This document shows positions 1-10,169 of a stretch of DNA of 64,000 bases, piece after piece. The stretch lies in the NCBI GenBank assembly GCA_963742735.1, contig CAVUMN010000001.1, positions 64,001 through 128,000 on the forward strand, given 5' to 3'. A model generated the notes under the pieces. It saw only the letters and a program-made list of their open reading frames with translations, did not search any database and was not told where the DNA came from. Both the position numbers and the translations under genes were made by a program. The first letter of the stretch is position 1. Each line of letters begins with the position of its first letter. The DNA is from an uncultured Actinomycetes bacterium. GTDB lineage: Bacteria > Actinomycetota > UBA4738 > JBBDTT01.

Positions 1-1521
1 AACGAGTCGGACCTGGAGACGGCCGACTTCATCCGCCACTTCGCCGACCGGCCCACGGTCGGGGCCATCGCCGGCTACATCGAGGGCTTCAAGGACGGGC
101 GGACGACGATGCTGGCGCTGGACCAAGCGGCCCGAGCCGGCGTGCCGGTGGTGCTGGTCAAGGTCGGGCGGAGCGCCCTGGGGCGGTCGTGGGCGCAGTC
201 GCACTCGGGCCACCTGGCCGGCTCGGACGCGGTTACCGACGGAGTGTTCCGCCAGTTCGGCGTGACGCGGGTGGACGGGCTGGACGAGCTCCTGGACGTC
301 TCGGCGATGCTCGCCCGGTGCGGTCCGCCCGCGACCGACGGGGTGGCGATCTACTCGATCTCGGGAGGGACCAGCGCGCACATGGCGGACTGGGCGTCCT
401 CCATGGGGCTGCGACTGCCGGAGCTCACCGCGTCCACGCAGGCCCGCCTGCGCGAGTGGATCCCCGACTTCCTGCGGATCTCCAACCCCGTGGACTCCGG
501 GGGCATCGCCACCGGCGACGAGCGGGGACGGAAGATCCTCGACGCGATCCTGGAGGACCCGAACGTCGGCGCCCTGATCGTCCCGGTTGCCGGGTCGTTC
601 TCGCCGATCAGCGACACCCTGGCCCGCGACCTGGTCGACGCGGCCGCGAACACGTCCAAGCCAGTCTGCGTGATCTGGGGGTCCCCCGCCGCCGACGAGG
701 CGGGATACCGGGAGGTGCTGCTGGCCTCCGAGCTCCCCGTGTTCCGTTCGGCCCGGAACTGCCTGACCGCGGTGAAGGCGTGGCTCGGCCACCACGAATT
801 CCGGGCGCGGTATCGCTCGCCGTTCGATCACGTGCCGGCCCGTCCCCTGCCGGCGGCCCGCGTCGCGCGGGGGCTGCTCTCCCCCGGCCGGGCGCTGTCG
901 GAGGCCCGTTCGAAGGAGCTCCTGGCCGCGTACGGGATCCCCGTCACCCGCGACGTGCTCGTGACGAGCGCCTCGGAGGCGGCCCGCGCCGCCGAGTCCA
1001 TCGGGTTCCCGGTGGTCCTGAAGGCCTCCGGCGAGACGCTGCTGCACAAGAGCGACCGAGGCCTGGTCCGCCTGGGGCTCGGGTCGGCGACGGAGGTGCG
1101 CGCGGCCTTCGCCGAGCTCACCTCGGAGGCCCCGGAGGCCGACGGGGTGCTGGTCTCCGAGATGATCATCAGCGGCGTGGAGACCATCGCCGGCGTGGTT
1201 CGCGACGAGCGGTTCGGGCCGGCGGTGATGTTCGGGCTCGGCGGGGTCGCGGTGGAGGTCTTTCGCGACGTGACGTTCCGGGTGCCGCCGTTCGGCCGCG
1301 ACGAGGCCCGCCGGATGATCGAGGAGCTCAGGGCGTTCCCCCTCCTGGCGGGCGTCCGAGGCGGTCCGAGGGCGAGCCTGCGCGCGCTCGTGGACGTGCT
1401 GATGCGCCTGCAGCGGCTGGCCATGGACCTGGCCGGCGCGGTGGAGGAGCTCGACATCAACCCGCTCATCGCGCTCCCCGGCCGGGCCGTGGCCGCCGAC
1501 GCCCTGGTGGTGGCCCGATGA
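1..1521 (+). CDS. Acetate-CoA ligase family (NDP-forming acyl-CoA synthetase), 5' truncated by window edge
   Basis: Frame 1 is open from base 1 (NESDLETADF). Has SHSGHLAG phospho-His loop, SNPVD, and C-terminal ATP-grasp (HKSDRGLV, ELDINPL). Confidence 0.9.
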   Translation, partial: NESDLETADFIRHFADRPTVGAIAGYIEGFKDGRTTMLALDQAARAGVPVVLVKVGRSALGRSWAQSHSGHLAGSDAVTDGVFRQFGVTRVDGLDELLDVSAMLARCGPPATDGVAIYSISGGTSAHMADWASSMGLRLPELTASTQARLREWIPDFLRISNPVDSGGIATGDERGRKILDAILEDPNVGALIVPVAGSFSPISDTLARDLVDAAANTSKPVCVIWGSPAADEAGYREVLLASELPVFRSARNCLTAVKAWLGHHEFRARYRSPFDHVPARPLPAARVARGLLSPGRALSEARSKELLAAYGIPVTRDVLVTSASEAARAAESIGFPVVLKASGETLLHKSDRGLVRLGLGSATEVRAAFAELTSEAPEADGVLVSEMIISGVETIAGVVRDERFGPAVMFGLGGVAVEVFRDVTFRVPPFGRDEARRMIEELRAFPLLAGVRGGPRASLRALVDVLMRLQRLAMDLAGAVEELDINPLIALPGRAVAADALVVAR

Positions 1522-2399
1522 GCGAGCCCACCGGCCTCCCCGCGCCGCCGCCCGAGGGAACCTCGGCGCTCGTCCCCGGCACGTTCGACGGCCGGGTCGT
1601 GGCCGTGACCGGCGGCGGCACCGGGCTGGGGAAGGCCATCGGGGTCGAGTTCGCGCGGCTCGGCGCCTCGGTCGCGATCCTCTCGCGGAGCCCGGAGCAC
1701 CTGGAGGCGGGGATCGACGCCGTCGAGGCGGCGGGCGGCCGGGCGATCGGCGCGGAGTGCGACATCCGCGACCCCGGGGTGGTGGGGGCGGCGTTCGACG
1801 CCGTGGAATCGGAACTGGGGCTTCCCGACGTCCTGGTCAACAACGCGGCAGGCAACTTCCCGGTTCCGGCCGAGGACCTGAGCCCGAACGGATGGCGGGC
1901 CGTGCTGGGCATCGTCCTGGACGGGACCTTCTTCATGTCGCGGGAGTTCGGCCGGCGCCACATCGCCGCGGGGACGCCGGGCTCGATCCTCAACATCGGC
2001 GCCTCCTACGCCTGGACCGGCGGACCCGGGTTCGCGCACTCCGCCGCGGCGAAGGCCGCCGTGAAGAACCTGACCGAGACGCTCGCGGTCGAGTGGGCCC
2101 CGTACGGCATCCGGGTCAACGGCCTCGTTCCGGGCCTGTTCCCCCACGAGGACGAGGTCGAGCAGATCCGGGCGGTGCCGGGCCGGGGACAGAACGAGAA
2201 CGCCAAGGTTCCGGCCCTGCGGGTCGGCGAGGTCCGGGAGCTCGGTTGGGCGGCGACGTTCCTCGCGTCGCCGTTCGCCGCCTACATCACCGGCGCCACG
2301 CTCACCGTCGACGGCGCCAACTGGCAGCGGCGCAACCTGATGCAGCCGCCGTTCCGCCCGATCCGGGACCAGTTGGGCAAGGAACCCTTCACCCCGTGA
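1518..2399 (+). CDS. SDR oxidoreductase, 2,4-dienoyl-CoA reductase-like
   Basis: ATGA overlap with the upstream gene; TGGGTGLG, NNAAGNF, HSAAAK. True start is internal to the 189..2399 ORF. Confidence 0.85.
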   Translation: MSEPTGLPAPPPEGTSALVPGTFDGRVVAVTGGGTGLGKAIGVEFARLGASVAILSRSPEHLEAGIDAVEAAGGRAIGAECDIRDPGVVGAAFDAVESELGLPDVLVNNAAGNFPVPAEDLSPNGWRAVLGIVLDGTFFMSREFGRRHIAAGTPGSILNIGASYAWTGGPGFAHSAAAKAAVKNLTETLAVEWAPYGIRVNGLVPGLFPHEDEVEQIRAVPGRGQNENAKVPALRVGEVRELGWAATFLASPFAAYITGATLTVDGANWQRRNLMQPPFRPIRDQLGKEPFTP

Positions 2400-4117
2400 G
2401 CGAATCAAGAGGCATACGCCGCGCCCTGATCGTCCTCGCGCTGCTCGCCGCCCTCGTCGGCGGCCTGGTCATGCCCGCCTCGGCGCAGACCTATCCCATC
2501 GACAGCTTCCTCTCGATGTTCGACGGGCCCGTGGCGGACGCCACGGATCCACGCACGCGCAACTTCAACTTCGAGGAGGGGGTCCTCGGCGCGATCCGGC
2601 GGATCCTCATGCGCTACCCCGCCCACTACGGAAATCCCGAGCTCGACCCGGCCCACGAGGCGCAGGTCGCGTTCGACTCGGCCCTGCACATGCGGCCGCA
2701 GCTTCCCTACGACCATGCCGGAGACGTGGGGCTCGCCGCGTACACGCCGGACTGGGACCACGACGGCGCCTTCGGAGACGGGGGCGGGACCGACCCCACC
2801 TCCGGCTCGGGCGATTTCGACGCCGACACCGACGAGGTCCTGGACACCGCGTACTTCCTGATGCCGTGTCTGTCCGCACAGGAGCCGTACCCGGTTCACT
2901 ACCGCTACACGAACGGAACGTGCGACGTGGGGAACGAGCAGACGCTCCCGTACGTGGCGGGGGTCGCCCAGGAGGTGCGGTTCGTCAACGCGCGTGGGCT
3001 GGTGCTCGAGGGCACGCTGTGGCTCCCGCCCCGGGCCTTCGTCGGACTCGGATGTCCCGTGCCGGGCACGAAGGCATACGCGGTCCCGGGAACGTGGGCG
3101 GGATGCGTCTCGCGATCGAACCTCACCCGCGACCGGCTGCCCGGGATCGTGTGGGCCGCGGGGCTGGCCTCCCGGCAGGAGCACTACTTCTGGATCGCGC
3201 AGCGCCTTGCCTGGGCCGGCTACGTGGTGCTGACCTACGACCCGGCCGGCCAGGGCGAGTCCGAGGGGTCCACCCTCGACCTCCTCAACCCGGTCGAGTT
3301 CGCGGCCCCCCAGACGTGCCGGTACCCCGGCTCGTGCCAGGATCTGGAGGACGCCGTCCGATGGTTCATGCGGATCCCGGTGACCCCCGTCGACGTGGCG
3401 ACGCCTCGGCTCGAGGCCCGAGTGGATCCTCGGAACGGCCCGCCCAACCCGGTCGCCTTCCTGGTCGATCGCCGCCGGGTCGGCATCGGGGGCCACTCGA
3501 TGGGCGGCGCAACGGTCCATTCCTACCTGCGGAGCCTGGCGGCCGGCGCCGGCGTCGACGGCCGCCCCGTGCCCAAGGTGGCCGCCGCGGTGTCCCTGTC
3601 CTACTCGGCCCCCGTCACCGCCGTCGTTCCGCTGCAGCTGCAGACGTCGGACTACGACGGCGTGCCGTTCGGCTTCACCGTCCTGCAGGCGAACGCCCAG
3701 GCGATGGGCGAGGGGCTCGGCTACCAGCGCCACAAGGAGGGATACGACGCGATCCGGGCCGGGCCGGGGCGAAGACCCGTCTCGCTCATCGTCCTGGAGG
3801 GCGGGACGCACACCGACTTCATCAACCAGCCGTTCATCTACAAGACCCCGTGGGCCCATTTCGTGGCCGGTCACTACGCCCAGGCCTGGTTCGACTGCCA
3901 CGTGCTGGGTTCGAGGGCGGCCTGTGTCACCGGGACCCGGCCGATCCCACACCTGTCGCGATCGTTCGCGTCCGAGCAGGACCCCGACGGGCCGGGACCA
4001 CGGCCGAGCCGCTGCATCGCCGTGCCCGATCAGTGGTCGCTGGCGCAGGACCCGCAGTCGCTGGTGACCGCGGCGACCGGCGCCGCCCCGTACGACTGCG
4101 CGACCGGGCGCGGTTAG
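2396..4117 (+). CDS. Secreted alpha/beta-fold serine hydrolase (lipase/esterase-like)
   Basis: GTGA overlap; signal peptide ending ASA-Q; YDPAGQGES and GHSMGG nucleophile elbow; GGTH near the C-terminus. Confidence 0.75.
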   Translation: MSESRGIRRALIVLALLAALVGGLVMPASAQTYPIDSFLSMFDGPVADATDPRTRNFNFEEGVLGAIRRILMRYPAHYGNPELDPAHEAQVAFDSALHMRPQLPYDHAGDVGLAAYTPDWDHDGAFGDGGGTDPTSGSGDFDADTDEVLDTAYFLMPCLSAQEPYPVHYRYTNGTCDVGNEQTLPYVAGVAQEVRFVNARGLVLEGTLWLPPRAFVGLGCPVPGTKAYAVPGTWAGCVSRSNLTRDRLPGIVWAAGLASRQEHYFWIAQRLAWAGYVVLTYDPAGQGESEGSTLDLLNPVEFAAPQTCRYPGSCQDLEDAVRWFMRIPVTPVDVATPRLEARVDPRNGPPNPVAFLVDRRRVGIGGHSMGGATVHSYLRSLAAGAGVDGRPVPKVAAAVSLSYSAPVTAVVPLQLQTSDYDGVPFGFTVLQANAQAMGEGLGYQRHKEGYDAIRAGPGRRPVSLIVLEGGTHTDFINQPFIYKTPWAHFVAGHYAQAWFDCHVLGSRAACVTGTRPIPHLSRSFASEQDPDGPGPRPSRCIAVPDQWSLAQDPQSLVTAATGAAPYDCATGRG

Positions 4118-4893
4118 CGGCCGCGGAACTTGGGCTCGCGGCCCTCGGCGCGAGCGGCCTTGAGCTCCGCGTAGTCCTCGCTCGCAAAGATCGCCGTCTG
4201 AGCGAGCTTCTCCTCGTGCATCGAGCGCTCAACCGGCGGGACGGCGATCGCCCGGAGGACCTGGCGGTTGAACTTCACCGCCAGCGGCGAGCGCGAGGCG
4301 ATGTCGTGGGCCAGCTCGAGCGCCGCGTCGTCCAGCTCCTCCGCCGGGACCACCCTCGAGACGACCCCATGGGTCAGCGCCTCCTGGGCGGTCAGCACGC
4401 GGCCGGTGAGCGCCAGGTCGGCGGCCAGGCCGTGGCCGGCGATCTGGAACAGCCGCGCGGTCCCACCGGAGTCGGGGATCACGCCGTGGGTGATCTCGGG
4501 CAGGGTCATCCGGGCGTCCTCGGCGGCGAGGCGCAGGTCGCACAGGAGCGCGCGCTCGAAGGAACCGCCGATCACCCAGCCCTTCAGGGCCACGACGATC
4601 GGCACCGGCATGTCCCACAGGATCCGGGTCCGGCGATGGCCGGCCTCGATGTACTCGAGGTCGCTCTCCCCCTTCGTTCGGATGCCGAGCTCCTTGGTGT
4701 CGCGGCCACTGGAGAACGACTTCCCCTCGCCCCGCCAGATCACCGCGCGTACGTCCTCGCGGGCAGCCAGGGCGTCCATGGCGTCGAAGAACGCCCCGTC
4801 CATCTCGTCGGTGAAGGCGTTGTGGCGGTCCGGGCGGTTCAGGCTGACGATGGCGACGGGGCCGTCGTGGGTGACGCGGACGGTGTCGCTCAC
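4114..4893 (-). CDS. Enoyl-CoA hydratase/isomerase
   Basis: LNRPDRHNAF, FSSGRD, GGSFE, LPEITHG; GTG start overlaps the upstream stop. Confidence 0.9.
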   Translation of the reverse strand: MSDTVRVTHDGPVAIVSLNRPDRHNAFTDEMDGAFFDAMDALAAREDVRAVIWRGEGKSFSSGRDTKELGIRTKGESDLEYIEAGHRRTRILWDMPVPIVVALKGWVIGGSFERALLCDLRLAAEDARMTLPEITHGVIPDSGGTARLFQIAGHGLAADLALTGRVLTAQEALTHGVVSRVVPAEELDDAALELAHDIASRSPLAVKFNRQVLRAIAVPPVERSMHEEKLAQTAIFASEDYAELKAARAEGREPKFRGR

Positions 4894-6428
4894 GAGTAGG
4901 CCATCCGAAGGTCCTGCTTCAGGACCTTGCCGGCCGGGTTCCTCGGAAGCGCGTCCACGATCTCCAGGCGCTCCGGCCACTTCCGCTTCGTGACCGTCTG
5001 CTCGTCCAGGAACGTCTGCATCTCCTCGAACGTGAGTGGGTCGCCCGGGTCCTTCAGTGCCACGACCGCGCAGGCGATCTCCCCCGCCTCCGGGTCCGGG
5101 AGGCCGACCACCGCGGCATCGGCCACCTTCGGGTGCCGGAACAGGGCGTCCTCGAGCTCCTTCGCCGAGATGTTCTCGCCCTTGCGGATGATGATGTCCT
5201 TCAGACGCCCGGTGATCGTCACGTTGCCGTCGGCGTCGAGCCTGCCCAGGTCGCCGGTGCGGAACCAGCCCTCCTCGTCGAACGCCTCGGCGTCCAGGCC
5301 GGAGTCCACGTACCCCCGCAACATCTGCGGACCCTTCGCGCGGATCTCCCCCTCCTCGCCGATGCCGGCGACCTTGCCCTCCAGGGTGACCGCCCGGAGC
5401 TCGACGCCCGGGGTGGCCCGGCCCTCGGTGTTGGCCAGGACTTCATCGGAGTCGGTGACGCCGGCCATGGAGATGATCGGCGCTTCGGTCAGCCCGTAGC
5501 CGCTGACGATGCCGGCGCCCCCGAGGTGCTCCTTCAGGTCGTAGTGGAGCTGCGGCGGCTTCGGCGCACCGCCCCCCGGGTACGCGCGGACGCTGGGGAA
5601 CAGCTTCGTCGACGGGTCCGCCTGCTGCATCTTCAGGTAGGCCAGGTGGAAGAACGTGCCGGAGCCGGCGAGGGTGACGTCCTGCTCGGCCAGGTAGCGG
5701 GTGGTCTTCTCCGGATCGAACGCCTCGTCGATCACGTTGACCACGCCGGTCATCAGGCTCGCGAACAGCCAGATGATCCCGCCGATGTGGGTGAACGGGA
5801 ACACCAGCGCGCTCCGGTCGGCGTCGGTCAGGGCGAGGCGCTCGGACATCGCGCGCGCGGCGGCGGCGATGGTGTGGTCGGTGTGCTGCGCGCCCTTCGG
5901 CTCGGCGGTGGTGCCCGACGTGTAGAAGTACCAGCGAACGGGCGCGTCCTCCGGGGTCGTCGGCGGCGGAGGGGGCGGAAGCGTCGACGGGTCGCCCTCG
6001 GGCAGGACTCGATCGGCGACGAGGACCTCGACGCCGCCGGCCGTCTCGGCGATCCCGCGGACCATGGCCTCGTAGTCGAACCCCCGCCACTGCGAGGGCG
6101 TCAGGAAGAGCTTCGAGCGCGCCTGCGGGAGGATGAACCCGACCTCGCGTTCCCGGTACAGCGGCAGGATCGGGTTCTGGACCGCCTGCAGGCGGGCCAG
6201 CGCGCCGACCAGGACCATCGATTCGATCCACGTGGGCAGCTGCCACGACACCACGTCGCCCTCGCCGACCCCGTGCTCGGCAGCCAGGCCGGCGGCGGCG
6301 CGCTCCGCCCGCTCCTTCAATTGGCCGAACGTCAGCGACTCGCCGCGCTCGTCCACGGCGGTCGTCGCGTCGGGCGTCGACGCCGCACGCGCCTCGATCA
6401 GTTCCCAGATCCCGCCGGTCTCGGTCAT
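4890..6428 (-). CDS. AMP-binding acyl-CoA ligase (cyclohexanecarboxylate-CoA ligase-like)
   Basis: YTSGTTAEPKG, GYGLTE, WFRTGDLG, IIRKGENIS; GAGGT SD before the ATG at 6428. Confidence 0.9.
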   Translation of the reverse strand: MTETGGIWELIEARAASTPDATTAVDERGESLTFGQLKERAERAAAGLAAEHGVGEGDVVSWQLPTWIESMVLVGALARLQAVQNPILPLYREREVGFILPQARSKLFLTPSQWRGFDYEAMVRGIAETAGGVEVLVADRVLPEGDPSTLPPPPPPTTPEDAPVRWYFYTSGTTAEPKGAQHTDHTIAAAARAMSERLALTDADRSALVFPFTHIGGIIWLFASLMTGVVNVIDEAFDPEKTTRYLAEQDVTLAGSGTFFHLAYLKMQQADPSTKLFPSVRAYPGGGAPKPPQLHYDLKEHLGGAGIVSGYGLTEAPIISMAGVTDSDEVLANTEGRATPGVELRAVTLEGKVAGIGEEGEIRAKGPQMLRGYVDSGLDAEAFDEEGWFRTGDLGRLDADGNVTITGRLKDIIIRKGENISAKELEDALFRHPKVADAAVVGLPDPEAGEIACAVVALKDPGDPLTFEEMQTFLDEQTVTKRKWPERLEIVDALPRNPAGKVLKQDLRMAYS

Positions 6429-6451
6429 CGGTACCTCGCTTTCTATCGGAA

Positions 6452-6895
6452 TCAGCCGCCCAGGGCCCAGGCCGGGAGGACCTGGCCGGCCTCGTCCGTT
6501 CGCCACACGAGGCGCACGGGCGCGCCGAAGTCGACGCCGTCATCGTCGTGCACGCGCTCCCCCGCGTCGTCGACGAGCTGCCCGACCATGCGCACCATCG
6601 GGGCGCCGTCGAGCGCGACCAGCACGAGCACGAAGGGCACCGCGTCCTGCCACACGGGGAGCACCGGCGGATGGATCACGGTCCACGAGGCGACCGTCCC
6701 GGCGCCGCTCAGCTCGGTCCACTCGGGGTCGGGCTCGTGACAGCGAGGACAGATCGGTCGCGGCTGCCAGATCCAGCCGCCGCACGACGCGCATCGCTGG
6801 ACCAGCAGACGGCGTTCGGCCACCCCGTCCCAGAACGTCTGGGTGTCCGGGTCGGGGACGGGCTTCGGCGGCAGCGCGAGGGGCTCGGCGTTCAT
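6452..6895 (-). CDS. DUF35 Zn-ribbon/OB-fold protein (thiolase/aldolase partner)
   Basis: FWDG..QRCASCG..PRPICPRC; ATGA overlap with the thiolase-like gene. Confidence 0.88.
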   Translation of the reverse strand: MNAEPLALPPKPVPDPDTQTFWDGVAERRLLVQRCASCGGWIWQPRPICPRCHEPDPEWTELSGAGTVASWTVIHPPVLPVWQDAVPFVLVLVALDGAPMVRMVGQLVDDAGERVHDDDGVDFGAPVRLVWRTDEAGQVLPAWALGG

Positions 6896-8035
6896 GACGG
6901 TTCCCTGGAGAACACGATGGCTCCGGTGGGCACCACGTTGCCGCTGGTGACCAGGACGTGGCCGGCGTCGGGGGCCTGCGACGTCGAGATCCCGCGCACC
7001 TGGCGCACGCCCTCGACCAGCAGGTTGAACCCGTGGGTGTAGGCCTCGGACAGACCGCCGCCGCTCGTGTTGTACGGGGGCGCCTCGCCGGACGCGAGGT
7101 AGGCCGCGCCCTCGCCCTCCGCGCAGAACTCGAACTCCTGGAAGGCGACGGGGAGCTGAGGGGTGAACGCGTCGTAGAACTGGGCGACGCCGATGTCCTC
7201 CGGCGCCAGGCCGGTGTTCGCCCACAGGTCGGGGGCGACGAACGCGTTGGGGGTCACGCCGAGCTCGGGGCCGTAGTAGTTCGTCATCGCGTAGACCTCG
7301 GGCCCGCTGCCCATGGCGTACCCGGTCACGTAGGCCGGCGTGACCTCCAGGTCCGCCGCCCGCTCGGCGCTGGTGAGGACCATGGCCAGGGCGCCGTCGG
7401 TCTCCAGGCAGTTGTCGAACAGGCACAGCGGCTCGGCGATCATCCGCGACGCCAGGTAGTCCTCCATGGTCAGCGGCCGGCCGTACATCATGGCCATGGG
7501 GTTCTTCAGGGCGTGCTCGCGGATGGCGATGGCCACCCGGCCGAGGTCCTCCCGCGTCCACCCCCATCGATGCATCCACAGGCGCGCGATCATCGCGAAG
7601 CCGTCGGCCGGCCGGACGATCCCGTGGGGCCGCTCGAACTGATCCTGTCCCTCGGCGAGCACCTGCGCGGCCCACGGCCGGCCGCCGGAGGAGCGGTTGC
7701 GCGAGCGGAACGCCACGACGACCTCGGCCAGCCCCAGCTCGATGGCCATGGCGGCGAGCTGAATCGGTGGGCGCCCCCGCCCCCCCGCCGTAGTCGATCT
7801 CGCCGAAGAACCGCAGGTTCTGGATGCCCAGGAGACGGGCCATCTCCATCTCGGTGGTGGGCTGCCACACATAGCGAGTCATCCCGTCGACCTCGGCCAC
7901 CGTGAGGCCGGCGTCCTCGAGGGCGCCGAGGATGGCCAGCGCCCCGGAGCGGCGTTCGGTCATGCCGAGGTCCTTCGAGTAGGGCAGGGCGTGGATGCCC
8001 ACCACCGCGGCCTGGCGACCGCGCTGCCGATTCAC
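6892..8035 (-). CDS. Thiolase-fold lipid-transfer protein (Ltp-like aldolase), frameshifted near 7765
   Basis: N-terminal part (AAVVGIHALPYSK...YGGGAG) and C-terminal part (IQLAAMAI...DNCLETDG...NTSGGGLSEAYTHG) are in different frames; span is 1144 nt. Confidence 0.8.
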
Positions 8036-8997
8036 AGGGCCGCCGCCACGGACTCGATCTGGCGTGTCGCGCCGCCGAAGTGGGTGCGCAGGACGGCGGC
8101 CCGCTTCAGGTACAGGTGGACCTTGCCCTCCCACGTGAACCCCATCCCGCCGTGCACCTGGATGCAGTCCTTGCCGTTGAGATAGGCCGCCTCGGCGCCC
8201 AGCAGGAGCGCGGACGCGACGGCGCGTTCGGCCTCGCCGGCATCCGGGTCGTCCAGGGCGCACCCGGCGGCGTAGGCGGCGGCGCGGGCGATCTCGGCCC
8301 GCACCAGCATGTCCGCGCACAGGTGCTTCACGGCCTGGAACGAGCCGATCGGCCGGTCGAACTGATGCCGCTCCTTCGCGTAGTCCACGGTGGCGTCGGT
8401 CGCGGCCGAGGCGAGCCCGACGCACAGGGCCGCGGTCAGGACTCCGCCCTCCAGCCGCCACCGTTCGGCGTCCGCTGCGGTGCCGAGCCGGTCCCCGTTC
8501 GGCAGCGCGGCGACCCGATGGAGGGGTGTGAGGGGATCGAGGGGGTCGGAGATGGGTTCCGCGCCGAGTCCGCTCGGGGGAACCGACCACACCCCATCAC
8601 CGTCGAGGACGACGAGCGTGTCGAGCGCCTCGAGGCTCTCGATGGCTGCCGGGCCGGTTGCCGGCCGCTCCACCAGGCCGACGATCGCGGTTCCGTCCGC
8701 GGCGCCGTCCACGAGCCCGGCCGCCAGGTGCGTTCCGACGAGCGGGCCGGGGACGTTCGCCCTGCCGAGCTCCTCGAACACCAGGACGGCCTGCGTGGGG
8801 CCGAGGCCGACCCCGCCGCGGTCCTCGGGAAGACGCAGGCCGAAGACGCCGGCGGTCCCCAGCGCACCCCAGTTGTCACGGTCCACGCCGCCCGGCGCGG
8901 TCGCCGCGCGCGGGTGGTCCGGGGCCGACTCGCTCCGGCAGAGCTCGCGGATCCCGGCCTGCAGCGCGCGATCGTCGTCGTCGAGGTCGAAGTTCAT
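8032..8997 (-). CDS. Acyl-CoA dehydrogenase, short (beta-type) subunit
   Basis: MNFDLDDDD start; RHQFDRPIGSFQAVKH; QVHGGMGFTWE. Confidence 0.9.
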   Translation of the reverse strand: MNFDLDDDDRALQAGIRELCRSESAPDHPRAATAPGGVDRDNWGALGTAGVFGLRLPEDRGGVGLGPTQAVLVFEELGRANVPGPLVGTHLAAGLVDGAADGTAIVGLVERPATGPAAIESLEALDTLVVLDGDGVWSVPPSGLGAEPISDPLDPLTPLHRVAALPNGDRLGTAADAERWRLEGGVLTAALCVGLASAATDATVDYAKERHQFDRPIGSFQAVKHLCADMLVRAEIARAAAYAAGCALDDPDAGEAERAVASALLLGAEAAYLNGKDCIQVHGGMGFTWEGKVHLYLKRAAVLRTHFGGATRQIESVAAAL

Positions 8998-10166
8998 CTC
9001 GCGGCGGGCTCCTTGGGGAGGCCGAGGATGCGCTCGCCGATGATGTTCTTCTGGATCTGCGTGGTCCCGGCAGCGATCGTCATGGAGATCGCGTAGATCC
9101 ACCCCCGGACGTGGTCGCGGCCGGCGTCGTCCAGGGAGAGCCCCTCGCGCCCGAGGATCGAGAGTCCGAGGTCCCCCAGGCGGTGCCGCGTCTGGGTGTA
9201 GTGCAGCTTGAACACCGAGCCCCCGAGGCCCGGGACGCCCGAGCCCCGCTCGGCCTGGGTCACGTTGCGCAGGGTGAGCGCCCACAGCGCGTCCAGGTCG
9301 GCGCCGAGGTGTCCGAGCTCGCGACGGACGCCGCCGTCGTCCCACGCGCCGGTCTCCTTCGCCAGGCGGGCGAGCGAGGCGTGGAGCTCGCGGGTCCGCA
9401 GCAGGTCGCCGACGAACGCCGTCCCCCGCTCGAACGAGAACGTGACCATCGCCACCCGCCAGCCGTCGTTCTCCTCGCCGACGCGGTTCTCGACGGGGAC
9501 CCGGACGTCGGTCAGGAACACCTCGCTGAACTCCGAGGACCCGGCGATCGTCCTGAGGGGACGCACCTCGATGCCCGGGGTGTCCATCGGCAGGATCAGC
9601 CAGGTGATCCCCTTGTGCTTCGGGGCGGCGGGGTCGGTACGCACCAGCAGCTCACAGAAGTCGGCCACCTGTCCGAACGACGTCCAGATCTTCTGGCCAT
9701 TGACGACGTAGTCGTCGCCGTCGCGGACCGCCCTGGTGCTGAGCGACGCCAGGTCCGAGCCCGCGCCGGGCTCGGAGAACCCCTGGCACCACGCCTCGTC
9801 GCCCCGCAGGATCGGGGGGAGGTACCGGGCCCGCTGCTCGGGGGTTGCCTCGGCGGCGATCGTCGGCCCCGCGTGCAGCAGGCCGACGAAGTTCACGCCG
9901 ACGTAGGGCGCCCCGGCCCGCTCGGCCTCCTCCAGGAAGATGAGGTGCTCCCCCGGCGTGGCCCCGCGCCCGCCGGCCTCCTCGGGCCAGTCGAGCCCCG
10001 CGTACCCCGCCTCGAACAGCCGCCGCTGCCACCCGGTGTCGAACTCTCGACGTCCGGCCCAGTCCTCCGCTTCGGGCCGCGGCGGAAGCGCGGCAACCGC
10101 CGGCTCCAGCCACGCCCGCGCCTCGGCGCGGAACGCCTGCTCGTGGGGAGAGGTCCGGAGGTCCAC
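8994..10166 (-). CDS. Acyl-CoA dehydrogenase, catalytic (alpha-type) subunit
   Basis: WCQGFSEPGAGSDLA, NGQKIWTS, FERG, IAAGTTQIQKNIIGER. Confidence 0.92.
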   Translation of the reverse strand: MDLRTSPHEQAFRAEARAWLEPAVAALPPRPEAEDWAGRREFDTGWQRRLFEAGYAGLDWPEEAGGRGATPGEHLIFLEEAERAGAPYVGVNFVGLLHAGPTIAAEATPEQRARYLPPILRGDEAWCQGFSEPGAGSDLASLSTRAVRDGDDYVVNGQKIWTSFGQVADFCELLVRTDPAAPKHKGITWLILPMDTPGIEVRPLRTIAGSSEFSEVFLTDVRVPVENRVGEENDGWRVAMVTFSFERGTAFVGDLLRTRELHASLARLAKETGAWDDGGVRRELGHLGADLDALWALTLRNVTQAERGSGVPGLGGSVFKLHYTQTRHRLGDLGLSILGREGLSLDDAGRDHVRGWIYAISMTIAAGTTQIQKNIIGERILGLPKEPAAR

Positions 10167-10169
10167 GGG

